A stretch of DNA of 62,469 bases, filler included, from Sphacelaria rigidula (lineage: Eukaryota), in NCBI GenBank assembly GCA_964200075.2. It is 10 parts of 10 records of this genome, joined end to end, with 100 filler letters (N's around TTAATTAATTAA, not from the genome) between each part and the next. Parts side by side here need not be neighbours in the genome. Positions count along the whole stretch, not along the records: positions 18,772 to 24,928 come from CAXNAA020021881.1; positions 25,029 to 31,185 come from CAXNAA020021882.1; positions 31,286 to 37,442 come from CAXNAA020021883.1; 7 more parts are not named here. One strand, 5' to 3'. Of the stretch, positions 23,557 to 37,405 are shown one piece after another. The notes beneath the pieces are model-generated. The model did no database searches. It saw only the letters and a list, made by a program, of their open reading frames with translations, and was not told where the DNA came from. The position numbers were made by a program, and so were the translations under genes. Each line of letters opens with the position of its first letter. The stretch's first letter is position 1.

Positions 23557-26500
23557 AGCGAGGGGTGGGGTGTGGTGAGGTACTCAGTGCCTTACATAGA
23601 AAATCGCGTGAGGCCCGTTTGTTCAATCTTTCAGGCTGAATACGTTCGTCATGTTGGGATAATAATTCCTAGGGAAAGTGCTTGTCTTCTGCACGGCGTA
23701 GATATCGGGTGAAACGGAGCAACGCACTACGCTTATTGGTCTTGATTGTCGTGGGATGGACAAGTTTCTAAGGACATCCCATCGGCCTCCCACGCTGCAC
23801 GGTTGTTTGCAAAAATATGGCAATGCTAAGGGATAGGTATTTCAACCTTGACGAATGCTTCCGTGATAAATTGGCTGTAGAAGCCCCCGTACTGCACGGC
23901 CAAAGCTGAGCGTAGCAAACCAATGAGCTTCGTTCGACATTCAGTAGAACGAAGGCTACTGTACACCGGAGGGATGGCACAAGCGGACCGGGAAACAATT
24001 ATTTTCGGCAGGTGCAGCAAGAGTGCTGGGGATTATCAAAACCTTACTTAGCATGTTTCTCCGGCGTTGCTTTTATTACCGACGAACAAGCGCGTGAGAA
24101 AGAAAATGGGCGACCAGTCCAAACCCTCTCTACTCCCCTTACTGACATCGGGGGGAGAGCGGCAGCGGCGGCGGCGGCGGCAGCGGCGGCGGGCGCCCGT
24201 GGCAGATACAGCACATCGTCGAGTGATCAGCGATTCAAAATCTGTGAACGAGTTGAAACGCTGCCTGGTCTTGGAAGCATCGAGCAATAAGACTTTGTCG
24301 CGACGACACAGCAGAAACCACGCGAAAATGTGGTTAGCTCTATTTCATCGCGCTCCTCGCCTGAAAATAGGGAACTTTACCTAGGATTAGGGTATCGGAA
24401 TCGGTGCTGCGTGCTCTTCCCCTCTTTTTGTCGTTGTTGTCGTCAAACATTGAATATATACTCCGTACGACCTCAGGATGAGTTCGTCATCTCCGATTAT
24501 CAACTTACAAGAACCTACCTCTTCTCCGTGACTTCACGTTGCAATCAACGATCTATCGCATGTTAGATCAGAACTCTCTCAGCCCGTCAAGTTTGCTCAT
24601 TATTCACTTTTTCTTATTTTCCTACCAACTCACGTTTTCACACAACGCATTCGTGAGATTGAGAGTAGAGCGCTGACTGAGAGTGGCTTTGGTAATTTGC
24701 CTTAACGTAGTCAATTTTTCATTCCGTTTGTGGTTTTCTTCCCCTCGATCACTAGCGTGTGCTTACAGCTACACATCGATAAAACAGTGTGGATCCTAGA
24801 AAATGGGGTTCATACAAAATATGGGATTGAAGTGGCATTTGTCTTTTGAAGGGAAGACGCGAAACACTTGCACACGTCGGACGGATCAGGTCGTGACAGA
24901 TCCGGGTCAGCTCATTTGGGGCATAATCNNNNNNNNNNNNNNNNNNNNNNNNNNNNNNNNNNNNNNNNNNNNTTAATTAATTAANNNNNNNNNNNNNNNN
25001 NNNNNNNNNNNNNNNNNNNNNNNNNNNNATATATATCAACCACGTGAGACAAGATGTATCACTCGCCGTGATTGGTCTGTTCTACCATAACCCCTCCCCC
25101 CCCCAAAAAAAAACGCGGGCTATTTCTCCTGTGATCACTTTCGTAACCTTCGTCTGCTCACACGTACAAAGCCGTCCAGCTCAAATACAAGATAGTGATC
25201 GCGCCATACTACGAGAACGCCCCACTCATCATATAATACGATTACAGTTTGAGAGTCATCGTGTGAACCATGGAACCGCCAACAATTCCATGAAGCTCCG
25301 CGGCGCAAGAGGCACATGATCACTCGAACTCATAACAATTCACAAAGGCAGCATACTCGGGGCGCAAAACGTGCTGCCCCTCCCTCAATCGCAGGTCCCT
25401 AGATTTATCCCATGAAACAAAATCGACACTCGCAGAAATCTGTCCTCGCCATTTTGAAAACATGGTGTAGCGTCGTAACGTTGCCACTCTACTTAGTCCC
25501 GGCTGATGACGTCGTAGAATGGAGGCGTTTTGCTCTCCCTAGATGGCTATGGCACCGCGGCTACCGAAACCGGGAGGGTGCACCCGCGTATCCTCACCCC
25601 CTGGTCAGCACGCTCGATAGATATACTGCACCGAGAACAACCATCGCCGGAGTTTACAAGTCGTCTTCGTTGTTTTCAGAGGTATCTCCGTCGCCGGCGT
25701 CGGGTAAGAATATAGAATACGCTTTCACTGTCGGCGTCGGCGGGAGACAACCCTGCGTCGTCACGGCCACAGGCGAATTTACCGTCTTCATTCGACTCGT
25801 TAGATGATGGTGCGGCCTCGTCGGTCGCACCCTGCGTGGCCACCTTGCTCGCTGTTGCGGCCGGGCCTGTCCCGGAAGCCTGTCGTACAGAAAACTTATC
25901 GGAGATCTTTCCTCCGCGCAGCCTACAGCTCGTCGACACACCTACCGTGGGAAAGGAAGGACAGCATGACACGTAGTTACTCTTGTGTGGCGTTATCAAG
26001 TGTATGATACATGCGTCGCTACAAATATTATTTGTAACCGAGGGTATCTATATAATATATTGTATTTCCCTGTCCCAAAAAATAATAATCCAAACCATCC
26101 CACCCCGATCCAACTCCACTCCCCATTCCGAAATATTGCATTATATACTATTTATAAGTGCGCGTCGGAACAATTTATGTTCAGGAATGTTTGAGTTTTG
26201 GGTTTGGGGTTGGGATTGAATGCGGTTGGATTATTATTTTCTGGAAAAAGGGACCACAACAGTATCGTTCTCGCGCCATGCATACACCACCGCGAAAACG
26301 TGATGAAAAGGTGATGGCGCTGGACAAGAAATATACAGAAACACCGGATGTTCGGCAGTCTTTGCCACAGGGAAAACACTGCAGTACTTTCGTGATATTT
26401 TCGCAGGTGGCGTTTTACATGAGCTTTCAGGCATGCCACCGCTCACCCCCGAGAATATTCGATCCTCAAGTTCGAGGTTTGGAAGATACTATGCATCCAC

Positions 26501-28629
26501 TCCATTTCCTGAAACATGATCTCTACACTCAATATTGAAAAACTGACGGCCTGAAGTGATATTGGGGGACACTGCGACTACGAACTCGTAGCTTGTAAAC
26601 CTCCGGTATTTTTGCTCGATGGAAGCAATCTATAGAAGCAACTCCAACCGTTGTCATGAACAAATAAAGTAGAGTTTTGTTCTATTTATACCTGTTCTTT
26701 GCGCTAGAGTCCGAAAGCTTGGGGTTTTCGACCATTGACGGTCGACATCCCACGATAAACAAGGTGTTTACTCCGCCCCCACCCCGACAGCAACTTGAGG
26801 ATTATGCCATGAGGGTGATCTGCTTCTGTTTCCAAACTCTCGATAGACGCTAGGGATTTCCAGACGTGAAATAATTCACCATAAACTCAGAAACTTCCCG
26901 AAGAACGAAAATTGCCGGACCGTGCAAAGCATAGCATAATCGTGACAGCTCTCGTGAACAAACTTGCAAACCCGTATTTTTCATTTCAACATATCCGTTG
27001 CGCTACAGCCTGAAGATATCTGTTGAGGACCTAAAATGGTCAACAAGACCCCCGTCGATCCAGCCCGTAGGTCGTTCAATATTGAGTACAGAGATGATTA
27101 TATTTCAGAACGTGAAGCGGACGCCTGTTGTCGCCTCATCTCCAACTCCGAGGATCGAACGTGATCCAGGATGAGCGGTGGAGTGCCAAAACCTATGCAA
27201 ATTTCCACATAGATCTTTTGTTCCAACAATCTCCTGGGTTTAGCTGGGAACCAATCACCAGGGGCACATATATTTCAACTCGTACCGCTTTGCTTCGCCA
27301 GGTGAGGGCAGATGAACTGCGCCTGGTCCGTGCTGCAGGGAGAGATCTGCTGCCGTATGTTATCTCAGTCCCGACACTGGGCGATTTCCTCCCATGAAGA
27401 ATCCCAGCATCTGGCTCCACGTCCTAAATATCACCGAGACAGTGGAATGGCGTCATGGAGGTATAGGGTTGGGGTATACAGACGTCCGGCCGAACACTTG
27501 TGCGCACAGAAGGTCCAGAGACAACGCCAACGCCTGTACTGGTGGCATGATATAGTCAACATGTGCGTCCCTTGCCCAGGAGCAGTCTTCATTATTGTGA
27601 TATCTCCATAGGTTATATCCCCTTGTACTTGTAACACTCACGCTGTCTGGAACGCCCGCTGGCTTGCGGGTGCGCATCCCCCGTTGTTCATGGATGCCCA
27701 GGACTCACCAATCTTCTCTGCACGCACTCCCTGATGTTTGATTTTCAAGTGTAGCTTTGACACTCCCATCTCTGCCAGCGCGAAGGTCAAGAGTGGGGCA
27801 CTCACCTGTGGATGGACAAGAGCACGTCGACAAAACGCAATTTATTCTCAAGACAGATACACATGTAAATAAAATGAGCATTTCCCAATTCACGACTTGA
27901 GTCGTTTGGTTTGCGCCCGACAGTACAAAAAAAGCGTATGTGTGGGACCTGAATGTAGTAGCCGGCGAGGATTGATCCAGGTGCCTTGAAAATGAATTTG
28001 GGTTTGCGTGGGGGGCACCAGGGCGTCTGCGTTCAAGGGATGGGGACGAGAATGCTCGAGAAAGGATAATACCTTCATTTCTTATCATATACTTCGCGTG
28101 ATAGGCAGTAATGTGTGCGATACCCGCGATGAACGCTTGACATACATTGGGCAGATTCTTCAGTGTGGGACGTTTGATCCAGCTTTTAGCACCCAAACAG
28201 GGAACATCGCCTTGACATATCTTGCACATTTGCATCACCCCACCAACATGTCTTACCTACCAGATCCGCCTGGCTCGAGATTTCGACAATAGACTCTCGG
28301 AAAAATCTAGCTGGACATGAGCAAATACGGCGTCTGCAGTTAATCCGAGTATTTCGGGGGTTTTCCTCGCGTGTATTTTCATGTTCACTTGGATTTGGGG
28401 GGGGCACTCTCACAACCTCGCAGCGAGGCTTATCGGGAAGATGGTCTAGGCTCCTCTCGGTGGCGTGATGTGAAGTATCCGAGACACGTGATGGCGATAA
28501 TCCATGTTTGGCGGCCGAAAACTAGAATAAACGTCCCCAAACTGAAAAAAACAGACGCATGAAAACAGAAATAGGAAACGGTCTACAGCCACTTCTCATT
28601 TGTAAAAGAAGAGGTATATCCTGTAAACT

Positions 28630-29420
28630 TACTTTCTGGCCCTTCTCCGTCATTTTACGCCAGAGAGTAGGGCAAGACGAACGTTGGCCCCTTGGAATGG
28701 CTTGCTCTACTCGCTGAGACCATTCCACAGCACCTTTGCGTTTTCTGGTTGCATCAGTTTGTTTCTGGCCAAACTTACGTTTTTAACGACAAACGGCCAA
28801 GTTATGAAAAATGCCATCTATGATCTCCAATCTCATGTCTTGAAAAATATTGTGCTAAATACTGCATTTTGACTTTTCTTAGTGGTTTAGAGCTCGGAAA
28901 AGAGGGTTAGGCTGATGTCACCTGGAATAGCACACCTGGAATAGCATGCTTCAGGCTCAAGACACAGGTCAAGTACGGGAAAAAAATCCAAAGTTCTGAG
29001 GTGATTTCAGTCTCCGAGACAAACGCAAGTTCGGGCAAAAAAAGAAGATGCGGCAACCAGAAAAACACGCACGTGTGCTGAAACCGACTCAAAGAGTACA
29101 GCAAGGTCCGTCTAGCTCCTTTGTAGGGCGGAAAACGTACAAGTACCAAAAAGGCAATTTTCCAGGTCTTTCATTTTTATAGCACAAAAAAAAACGCTGT
29201 TTTTTTTCCTCTGTACATCGTCGTCGGTTTAGGCCTCTCCTTGTGGCAGACGAAATGACATCTGGAAAACTGTCTTTCAAGAGCTTTTACGCCTTTTACG
29301 CCCGCAACGGAAGCTAGGCGGATTTTGACACCTAGGAATATGTTTTAATACTCGTCGACACGGTTTCAACACACCCGTGCGTTTTCCTGATAGCCGCAGA
29401 CTTTGCAAAGCCCAAATTTG
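28630..29420. mobile_element. Fragments of the foldback/MITE family also seen at 56370 and 60958
   Basis: Shared motifs ttttacgcc..., ccttggaatg.cttgctctactc..tgag.ccattcca, gctaggcggattt.gacac. Confidence 0.6.
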
Positions 29421-29881
29421 CCATCTTCTCTGAGACCTATTCGAGGTATCTCAAACTCGGCTCCTGGTATCCTGGTTTGCTTTTTCTATTTTTTCAAGTG
29501 AGAGTGATGCCGATTCATCAGATGATGAGACCGTGTGACTGCCAGGTCGGATCCTCTCATGAACCGCGATCACTTCCACTTGAAAAAAAAGTACACAACT
29601 CGGAGCCAGCGAATAAACCACGATGCCGGGAGCCGAGTTTGAGGTACCTCTATGAAGTCAAGAAAAATTGCCGAGACGTGTATGGACTCAACATGTTACA
29701 ACGCCTCAAACACTGGAAAATGAGCTACAACATGCACAGAATGAAACCTTACATTCGAAGGTTACACGTGTCAATGAAACATTATCTTGGACGATACACG
29801 TTCCATGAAACGTTTCATACTACGTTACATGTAACGAAACGTACCGTTAAAATTTCAAATGAAATATCAACGTAACAAAAA

Positions 29882-30314
29882 TAGTGTTGGATATCGAAGC
29901 ATTTAGCGCTTCGATCCGATATCGAATTTTTCAGCGTTCGATAACGATACTTTTCGATGAAATTCGGCGAAGCCTAACCTCGGCGAGCGCATCGAGCGGG
30001 CGCTCGCTGTGCGAGCACCAAATGCCCGCAGCCCGCCCCCGCGCGCGCGCGCGCGCGGTTGGTGAGACGGGCCCGCTGGAGGCACTGCCGGAGGCGAGAA
30101 AATTGGGATGCATGGCTCTACTTCATATTCCCATCGGAAATGGCTTGATCAAGGTCTCCTAGCCGAGGAGAAGACGTCTCCAGATTCGACACAACCCGAT
30201 AGTCACACCGCACGTTTTATCGTTTTATCGAGATGTCTTCCATACGATAACGAGAACGAGAACGAGAACGATAACGATAACGATAACAATATTTCGATAC
30301 GATATCCACTTCTA
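29882..30314. mobile_element. Non-autonomous DNA transposon (hAT-like TAG termini) with cgata subterminal repeats
   Basis: Left tagtgttggatatcg vs reverse complement of right end tagaagtggatatcg; many cgata/tatcg motifs; no TSD visible. Confidence 0.55.
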
Positions 30315-31119
30315 AGGCTACTTCTCATGTATAAAAAACACACTATCAGAAAAGCCGTTTTTAGACAGCACGATTTTCAACAGAATTTTTCGAAGTAGAC
30401 CTTCTGACGTGATCGACGCACCATCAACATTGGAAACGCAGTGTTCATGGTTTACTATGACATGTGCAGGCAAAATTTCAAATTCTGGGGCGCGCCAGAG
30501 AGACGCAGCACTCTGCTGTCCTGTCGCGGTGTACGGTCCGTACTGATCGTCTGTACTACTGTGATGCACTGCCTGAGCAATACTAGCAACACATGGTGGG
30601 CTGCGTGACGCAAGACCATCAATGAGAACACCACCTTGCTGTACCAACTGACTGTACAAGTGACGGCTGTGCTTTTTCACTGCACGGTAGTACTTGACTG
30701 AAAGGACAGCACGGACAACAGTACACACAACAGTGCTGTATTGCATGCATTGGCTGTAGTACTACAACAGTAGCACTATTCATGGTCCTGTGTGTACTGT
30801 CAGTCCGGTCCTGGCTCTACAAGGCTTGGGTGCGTGCTGTTCGCAACACGCTGCGTGCACAGACCTGAACTGAGCTACAATATTGTACGGACGACATACA
30901 GCTGTCCTATCTGTACAGCAGTCGTCGTCGACCCCGCCCTCTGCTCTTCTCATGGGGTAAACGGTCACCACGCTACTGACAAGCGAAGGACAATGATGCA
31001 ACACGCTGAATGCCCGCGAGCACCAGCGACAGAAGTAGTAGTGATGGCAGCCAAGCCATCATAGGTGCTGTCGTGGGCTTCAAGGTGTGTTCAAACGAGG
31101 TTCAACCGCTTTTTACATA

Positions 31120-31185
31120 CGAGCTGGGCCAGCCCAGAAACGGATTTAACCTGGCAGAGCAATATCTCATCACCGGAAACTAATT
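31120..31185 (+). mobile_element. Left end of the TA-flanked MITE family seen complete at 60011-60876
   Basis: ta|cgagctgggccagcccagaaacggattt at the contig end. Confidence 0.7.
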
Positions 31186-32539
31186 NNNNNNNNNNNNNNN
31201 NNNNNNNNNNNNNNNNNNNNNNNNNNNNNTTAATTAATTAANNNNNNNNNNNNNNNNNNNNNNNNNNNNNNNNNNNNNNNNNNNNATCGAACGAGGCAAA
31301 CGCGCTAGTGCCACCCCCAGTAGTGCAATCGTACTTGAGCCATTTCCACTGCAAACGGAACTGCGTGACGTAGTGGGCGCCCACCCAGATGAGTTACACA
31401 ACCGAGATCAAGGAGTACTCTACGCCTAAAAAGAGAGTCTCGGGCGCGTCGGGAGGAACGCCAGCGACCGCATCGACGGCAGCAGCACTCGACGAAATAA
31501 ATAGGCGGTCGGGGGCGTTGATAGCCGAAGAAGGCAGGAAATTCCAAAAACACATGTCCGATGGGATGATCCCGCATGAAGGACAAACTCCGACAAACCC
31601 CCGCCCCGGGGTAAGAAAAGTCAAGACAAGTACTTCCCAAAATGAATCAATCACGGCGGCCTGCAGACTTCTACTATTTCCGTGAGGAACCATGAAAATA
31701 GCTGGGTCACGCAAAGCCGCAGATTGCTCGGGCGTTATCGTCCGCAGGCTGTGGTCGTCTACGGAGCAAGTAACGTGGCGCCTCCACGACATCCCTACAG
31801 ATTCTCGCGTAAGCAAAACCAGTTGGAGGTTGCTGGCGCGTGTCGGGCCAGTTCGCTGGCACGTGAGGCATGCATTCTTGGGAAATGGCTTCGAACACGC
31901 TCGCCGTGTCGCCTATTTGATCCCCGCTTCCGGGTAAACCGCCGTCTGACACGACGAAGTCGCGCGCTTCCGCCCGCTTCACCTGGTGAAGGTTAGTTGG
32001 CATTTGGGAGAGTTAGACGATGAAAGAGAGCTACGTAGCCGAATCAATCCAAGGGTGGTTGGGTTCAGGAAGTGCGATTTAGTGAAAAATCTACCCGGCC
32101 AGTCAGAAACGAAGGGTTCGTCCGGTCGGTCAGAATAGAACCGCAGAATTGCAGAAGGCCATCTGCAGAAGGCCTTCGGTCCACCTTTGCTAGCTCTGCT
32201 GCCTCTTTAGGGCCAAGCACCTTTGATCCATCGACTCTTTGGGGCTGTGAGGGCGTGTCTTAGCACTTTTGTTTTCGATCGAAAAATTGCGATCGAATTT
32301 GTTTTTGCCGATCTCATAGGCCCACCGCATTCACGTTCCTTGAAGGCTTCGACTCAAAATTATAACTAGCGGCGCGCGGAGAAGAATGCAACGAGGTATA
32401 AAACAATTGTTTGAGATTGAAAACAGGCGGTCGAAAGGTACGAAGCGGGACTTGACTCCTATCTTACAAATATGCTTCTACTTGTGATGCGAGGAAGGTC
32501 CTTTTTTATGCTAGTGATAGAGAGTTTCGGAAAACGCAT

Positions 32540-32700
32540 TTTTTTCATTTCAGAGTGCAAATATCTCAGGAGCAGAGTGCAGATGAAAAAAAGACAATTG
32601 ATCGAAAAGAAGTCAAGGGGATACCACATTTGACGGAGGGGGAACTAAGTTTTCGTTACACTCTGGTCCTGAGATATTTGCACTCTGAAATGACAAAAAA
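32540..32700. repeat. Inverted repeat (~40-bp arms)
   Basis: tcatttcagagtgcaaatatctcaggagcagagtg ... cactctggtcctgagatatttgcactctgaaatga. Confidence 0.8.
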
Positions 32701-33438
32701 AGGTTTTCCGAAAATCTCTCATATCACCAAAAATAATGCTCGCAAAGTGGAATTTATGCTCGATTCATGCTCGCATGTTCAAACAAATCATGCTCGATTG
32801 ATGCTCGCAACGTGGAATTCATGCTCGATTATGCTCGTAATATCCAACATGGATGGCATTCTGACCGGATACAGACCCAGCGATCCCTATATGCATGTTA
32901 TATATACAGAGGGGGGCTCTCAGTAGTGCCGGTATGTGCCCACCGCGCACACCGGCACTACTCAGAGAGCCCGGCACTACTCTGAAAAGTGCCAAAGCAG
33001 GTGCAATTGCGAGCTCTGAATACCTCAGTAGTGCCGGTTCCGGCACTACTGACGGCCGTCCGTTCGTACAGTGCTACCCCTGCCCTTCGTGGGACCAACG
33101 GAAGCACAAAACGGACGAGGACCTTTGCTTCAAGAGGTTTCGATAGGATACGTCACGTAAGGTTTCGGAGTACACCCGTGGACAGATAGCACCCTGTGGG
33201 GCGCACTGTGCAGGGTCCGGACAGGGTCCTCCACAGTCTTTGTGAAAAAACCCTGACAGTGAAAACCCAAACCTGTACCCCTCGTAGCGTTTTGATAGAG
33301 TTTTCCCCAGGGTTGGGTTTACAGCCCTGTATAGGCTTGTCGGCAAAGCCCTGCACAGTCATGTGGTAGTGCTTTGGTAAAAAACCCTGACGTTTTATTC
33401 CAAATATTTTGGTACAACATCTGTAAATTTATATGTTT

Positions 33439-33531
33439 CAATAGCCTGTCCCCCTGTCCGAGGTAAATTCCTCTTCACCCGATTTGAATCAAGCGAAAAG
33501 GAATTTATTTTGGACAGCAGGACAAGCTATT
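33439..33531. repeat. ~92-bp hairpin / miniature inverted-repeat element
   Basis: aatagcctgtccccctgtccgaggtaaattcctcttc pairs imperfectly with gaaaaggaatttattttggacagcaggacaagctatt. Confidence 0.7.
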
Positions 33532-33565
33532 CTAAACCTTTTTATTTTTCGCCCAATTTATTTCG

Positions 33566-33596
<31 letters not shown>

Positions 33597-35469
33597 TTCG
33601 AACAGCAGAAGAAGCTGCTCAAGATCGATCCTTTTTTCGCCCATTTTTGAAATGAGCGAAAAAATTATCTATTTCGAACAGCTTCTTCTGCTGCGCAGAT
33701 CCCATGCACACTGGCAGATTCGGAATTTGAACAGCAGAAGAAGCTCGAAATGAATCTTTACTTCGCCCTCCACTTCATCCGGAGATTGGGCGAAAAGAGA
33801 TTTATTGCGAGCAGCGTCAGCTGCTGGGCAAATTTTGCATACTGCATCGTTACCAGCGCATGGAATCCGACACGCAGATAAAGTTGCTGAAAGGTATTCA
33901 TCCTTTTGCCCCCCCGGTCCATGTGTACATGGGCTGAAGGATGAATAGCTCTCAACAGCTTCGCTGCGTAGAGATCCCACACGTTGGATACGTGTGTATG
34001 TCCACACCTGTGCTTTATCAGAAACCCCTGCGAAGGCGTGGCAAGATGTTGGACGCTAGGGCATACCTCGCCCATCTATGCACATACTTCACGAAGGCCC
34101 GTATTCCATCGTCTACTAACACGAACCATGTTTAGAAAATATCACTACTTCATCAATCGTGTATTGATAGTATATACTGTAGACCATCACCCCAAGATAT
34201 CTCTACTCCGTATATATCACCGCACACAAATCGAACATCAATGAACACCCGCCCGCACAACACAGTACTATTCCGCCCAGCTATATCTACCACCACAACC
34301 CTGCAGCAAAGAGCACGGGTTGGGAACAGGGATATAGACACATACACACTGCCGTGCGGGTGGATATGATGTATTTATCGTTGGTGGAAACTTGAGCACC
34401 TTCTTTCATGGTCGCGACATCGCGCGGCGACGACATACGCGGGGTGCGTATAGAGGCGGGTGCGAGGAACAATCAACCGGCCGTCTATAGCAGAACTAAA
34501 CCCGATTTGTTTTGTTTTTCACATTCAACTTGATTGATCCTGTTCACAGGTTGATCATTCCCTTCCCTACTAGCACAACAGTAGCAGTACGGCCACAAAA
34601 GTTGCTCATGGCGAAAGACCTTCCCGACAAGAAAAACAAGGACACATCTGCACCCAACGCAACTAAGAAGGTGCGGCATCTGGTGTGGAAAAAAACTCAC
34701 GAAAGAGTACGCCGCCAAACAAAAGGAGTGAGCGAGAAAGAATGGACCGCACCCCTTCTCACTTCCTACCGGCTACCGAGACAAGGAGAGCAACAGGCAA
34801 CAGACGACAGCAGTACAGACGTATTACTGTACAGGGCCTATAGTGCTCTGAACAGTTGAAAAGTGATGCGATACAGGACCACTCCCGCTACTCGTGTTGC
34901 CACTTGGATAGCCTGCACAGTACACAGACACAGTGTACGGAGAGCGTGGTGTCTTGTACAACAGCAGTGCAACAACGACAGTATGATATGTGGCGGTATG
35001 CTCGATGGCAAGCAATTGATGCATACTGCATACAGTCCGTGTTGTCAGAGCATCCATACAATCAAGCATGCGCGGTGCTTGGCTGACCAAAAACACAAGA
35101 CGATTGTTTGCTCGTCAATATCGAGCAAAGAGTTTATCGCCGCAGGCTTGCGATCTTCTGCCCTACGACAAGATGCTTTCTTTACTGCCCTGCTGTGAAT
35201 TGCTGTGAACTGCGCCTGGCCACTATTTCGTGTGCAGCATTTCGATATGAAATGGATTTGTCGTCGGTTGGTTTTGGACACTAATTCAAAGAGCATATAA
35301 TATGATAAATCTCCCGTGGGTGTTATATTACGTATATATTTCCTCTATCTACAGGTAGTCAGTAATGGCTCATTTGTCAAAGTCGTGTCCACGTCGTCCA
35401 CGCTGTATCAGTGTTATTCCTTCTCGGTAATATGGAGGGATTAGGGTGCGAGATGTGTAACTTCCAGTA

Positions 35470-36411
35470 CAGTAAGTTGCTCTGTGATTGCACAGGGCGT
35501 AAATTTCGCACAGGGGTCGTGAGAACGCACCCTGTGCGATCAAAAACACGGTTTGAAACGATTTCACTGTTTTTTCGCACGGGGGGCGTTGTTTTCACAC
35601 AGGGGTGCGATCTCAAGGATGAAATGCGTCTCAGCCACCTTCCGGGCGTGAGGACACGTGCGCGCGGATGGGTCTTAGGGGCGGACGGCCTGAGTTGCCA
35701 CGATTGTCGTCCTTTTTCCGCTGGTCGTTATGGGGCTTGTCTGGACTACGCACTGCGGTGTGGCAGTGCAGACACAAAAACATACGAAACGGTTTCCTTT
35801 TTCAATGCATTTTACTCAAGCTCTCGTCGTGCACCTTGGATGAAACCACCAAAGCCGAAAGCTTTCACCAAACGCCAACACCGACGGAAAGAACAGCCCG
35901 AAAGCAAACGCGTACTGGCGCCGAACGATATTTCTTGCAGTCAATCTCGGCTCTCTCTTCGACATTTCGTGTAACGGTGTACCGGTACCACGACAGCTAC
36001 CGTAGGCTCGTACGGTGTGCTTGATGTTGTCGTGCTGTGGCTGTGTGCCCGTGTGTACTTGCTATGTTTCAGGCATTTTCAGACCTTGTTCCTACGGCAG
36101 TACTGTCGCAGATTTTTCCTTTACACCGGCGGAGATTTACTCAGTATCGCACATGGCGAGGCTATCGCACAGGGTGTGCGTTCAAAGATCCTTGTGTCAT
36201 CGAAATTATTTGCTCAATATCGCACATGTCGTTGAGATGGCACAGGGGTGCGCAATGGAAAAGCAATACCAAATGATTTAATTCGATTTTCGCACAGGGG
36301 GCGTGGTGTTCGCACAGGGGTGCGTTCTCACAACCCCTGTGCGAAAAAAAACAGGTTCGACAACATTTGAAAATCGATCGCACCCCTGTGCGATCACAGA
36401 GGAACTTACGG
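35470..36411. mobile_element. Tc1/mariner-superfamily MITE, 942 bp, TA TSD
   Basis: TIRs cagtaagttgctctgtgattgcacaggg / ccgtaagttcctctgtgatcgcacaggg (rc); TA at 35468-69 and 36412-13; internal cgcacagggg repeats. Confidence 0.85.
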
Positions 36412-37257
36412 TAGTTACTGTCATATTCTGAAGGTTTCAATTGTCTGAGACGAAGGCTGGAGATCATCACGGGAAGAGGGGCGGGTACTTCCACCATCAA
36501 GAGCTCGCCTCACAGGCGGCGTGCGGACGTGAAGAAAGCTGCACCGCTTGCGAGTTATGTAACAGCATAGATTGCCAGCGATTTCTACTGGGAAAACGTG
36601 CCGGATCGATAGTGCACGACGAAGTTTGTGAAGGATCATGTACATGCGGGCCCCACCCCATCTGCACTGGTCTGAACACAAGTGATACAGTACAGCACAT
36701 CATATACTGTGGTTAGAGACGGCGCACCACCCGCATCAGTGACGCCTGTAGCTGCACAACGTACTCGATGCACAGCAGGAACGTGCAAGATGATATGGCA
36801 CACCGCAGAACGTAACATCCTTCGTATATCTCTGTCCTGCAGTGATTTCCACCTGTCTTCTGCAGTTCACCACAACATGTACCCAGCCGCTTCTGCTGTC
36901 GTTCATGTCTACGGGTAATACCACCCGTCGCAGGTCCAGATTTTTGTAACCCGACCGTCTTGCAGCTGTACTCGACAAAAGATTTCAGTACTGTGCGCAG
37001 AACACTTTTTATTCATCTGAACAGAAGTATCTTGTCCATCTTGGTACATTTTCACATATAAAGTTGGGCAGTGGGACCGTGGCGTTGTCGTCAAAATATG
37101 GCCGAAGTGGAAGTGAGGAAATCACCGAAATATTCACGACAAACGGGCAAGATCACCCTCTGCGACACAACAGGCACGGAGCTATCGGTGTTGATGCGTG
37201 GTGTTGGTCGCAGTGCGCCCCGCACGCAAGATCAACACATCGCCGACCGTAATGTAA

Positions 37258-37405
37258 TCAAGGCTGTACTAACTTTAATTCACTTCGAAGAACACGTGCT
37301 CGAAACTGAAATGTGACGAAGAAAAGCATGGTCAAGGCTGTACCAAGTTCATTTCACTTCGAAGAACACGTGCTCAAAACTGAAATGTGACGAAGAAAAG
37401 CATGG
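37258..37405 (+). repeat. 74-bp tandem duplication
   Basis: tcaaggctgtac...gaagaaaagcatgg twice. Confidence 0.9.

Noticed and set aside
28008..28292. GIY-YIG nuclease (…TYIGQ…)
   Set aside because: Motif spacing is off and the downstream R..EH residues are missing.
34550..34727. Possible exon (LIIPF...RRQTKG) with ag/gt ends
   Set aside because: No recognisable homology or partner exon.
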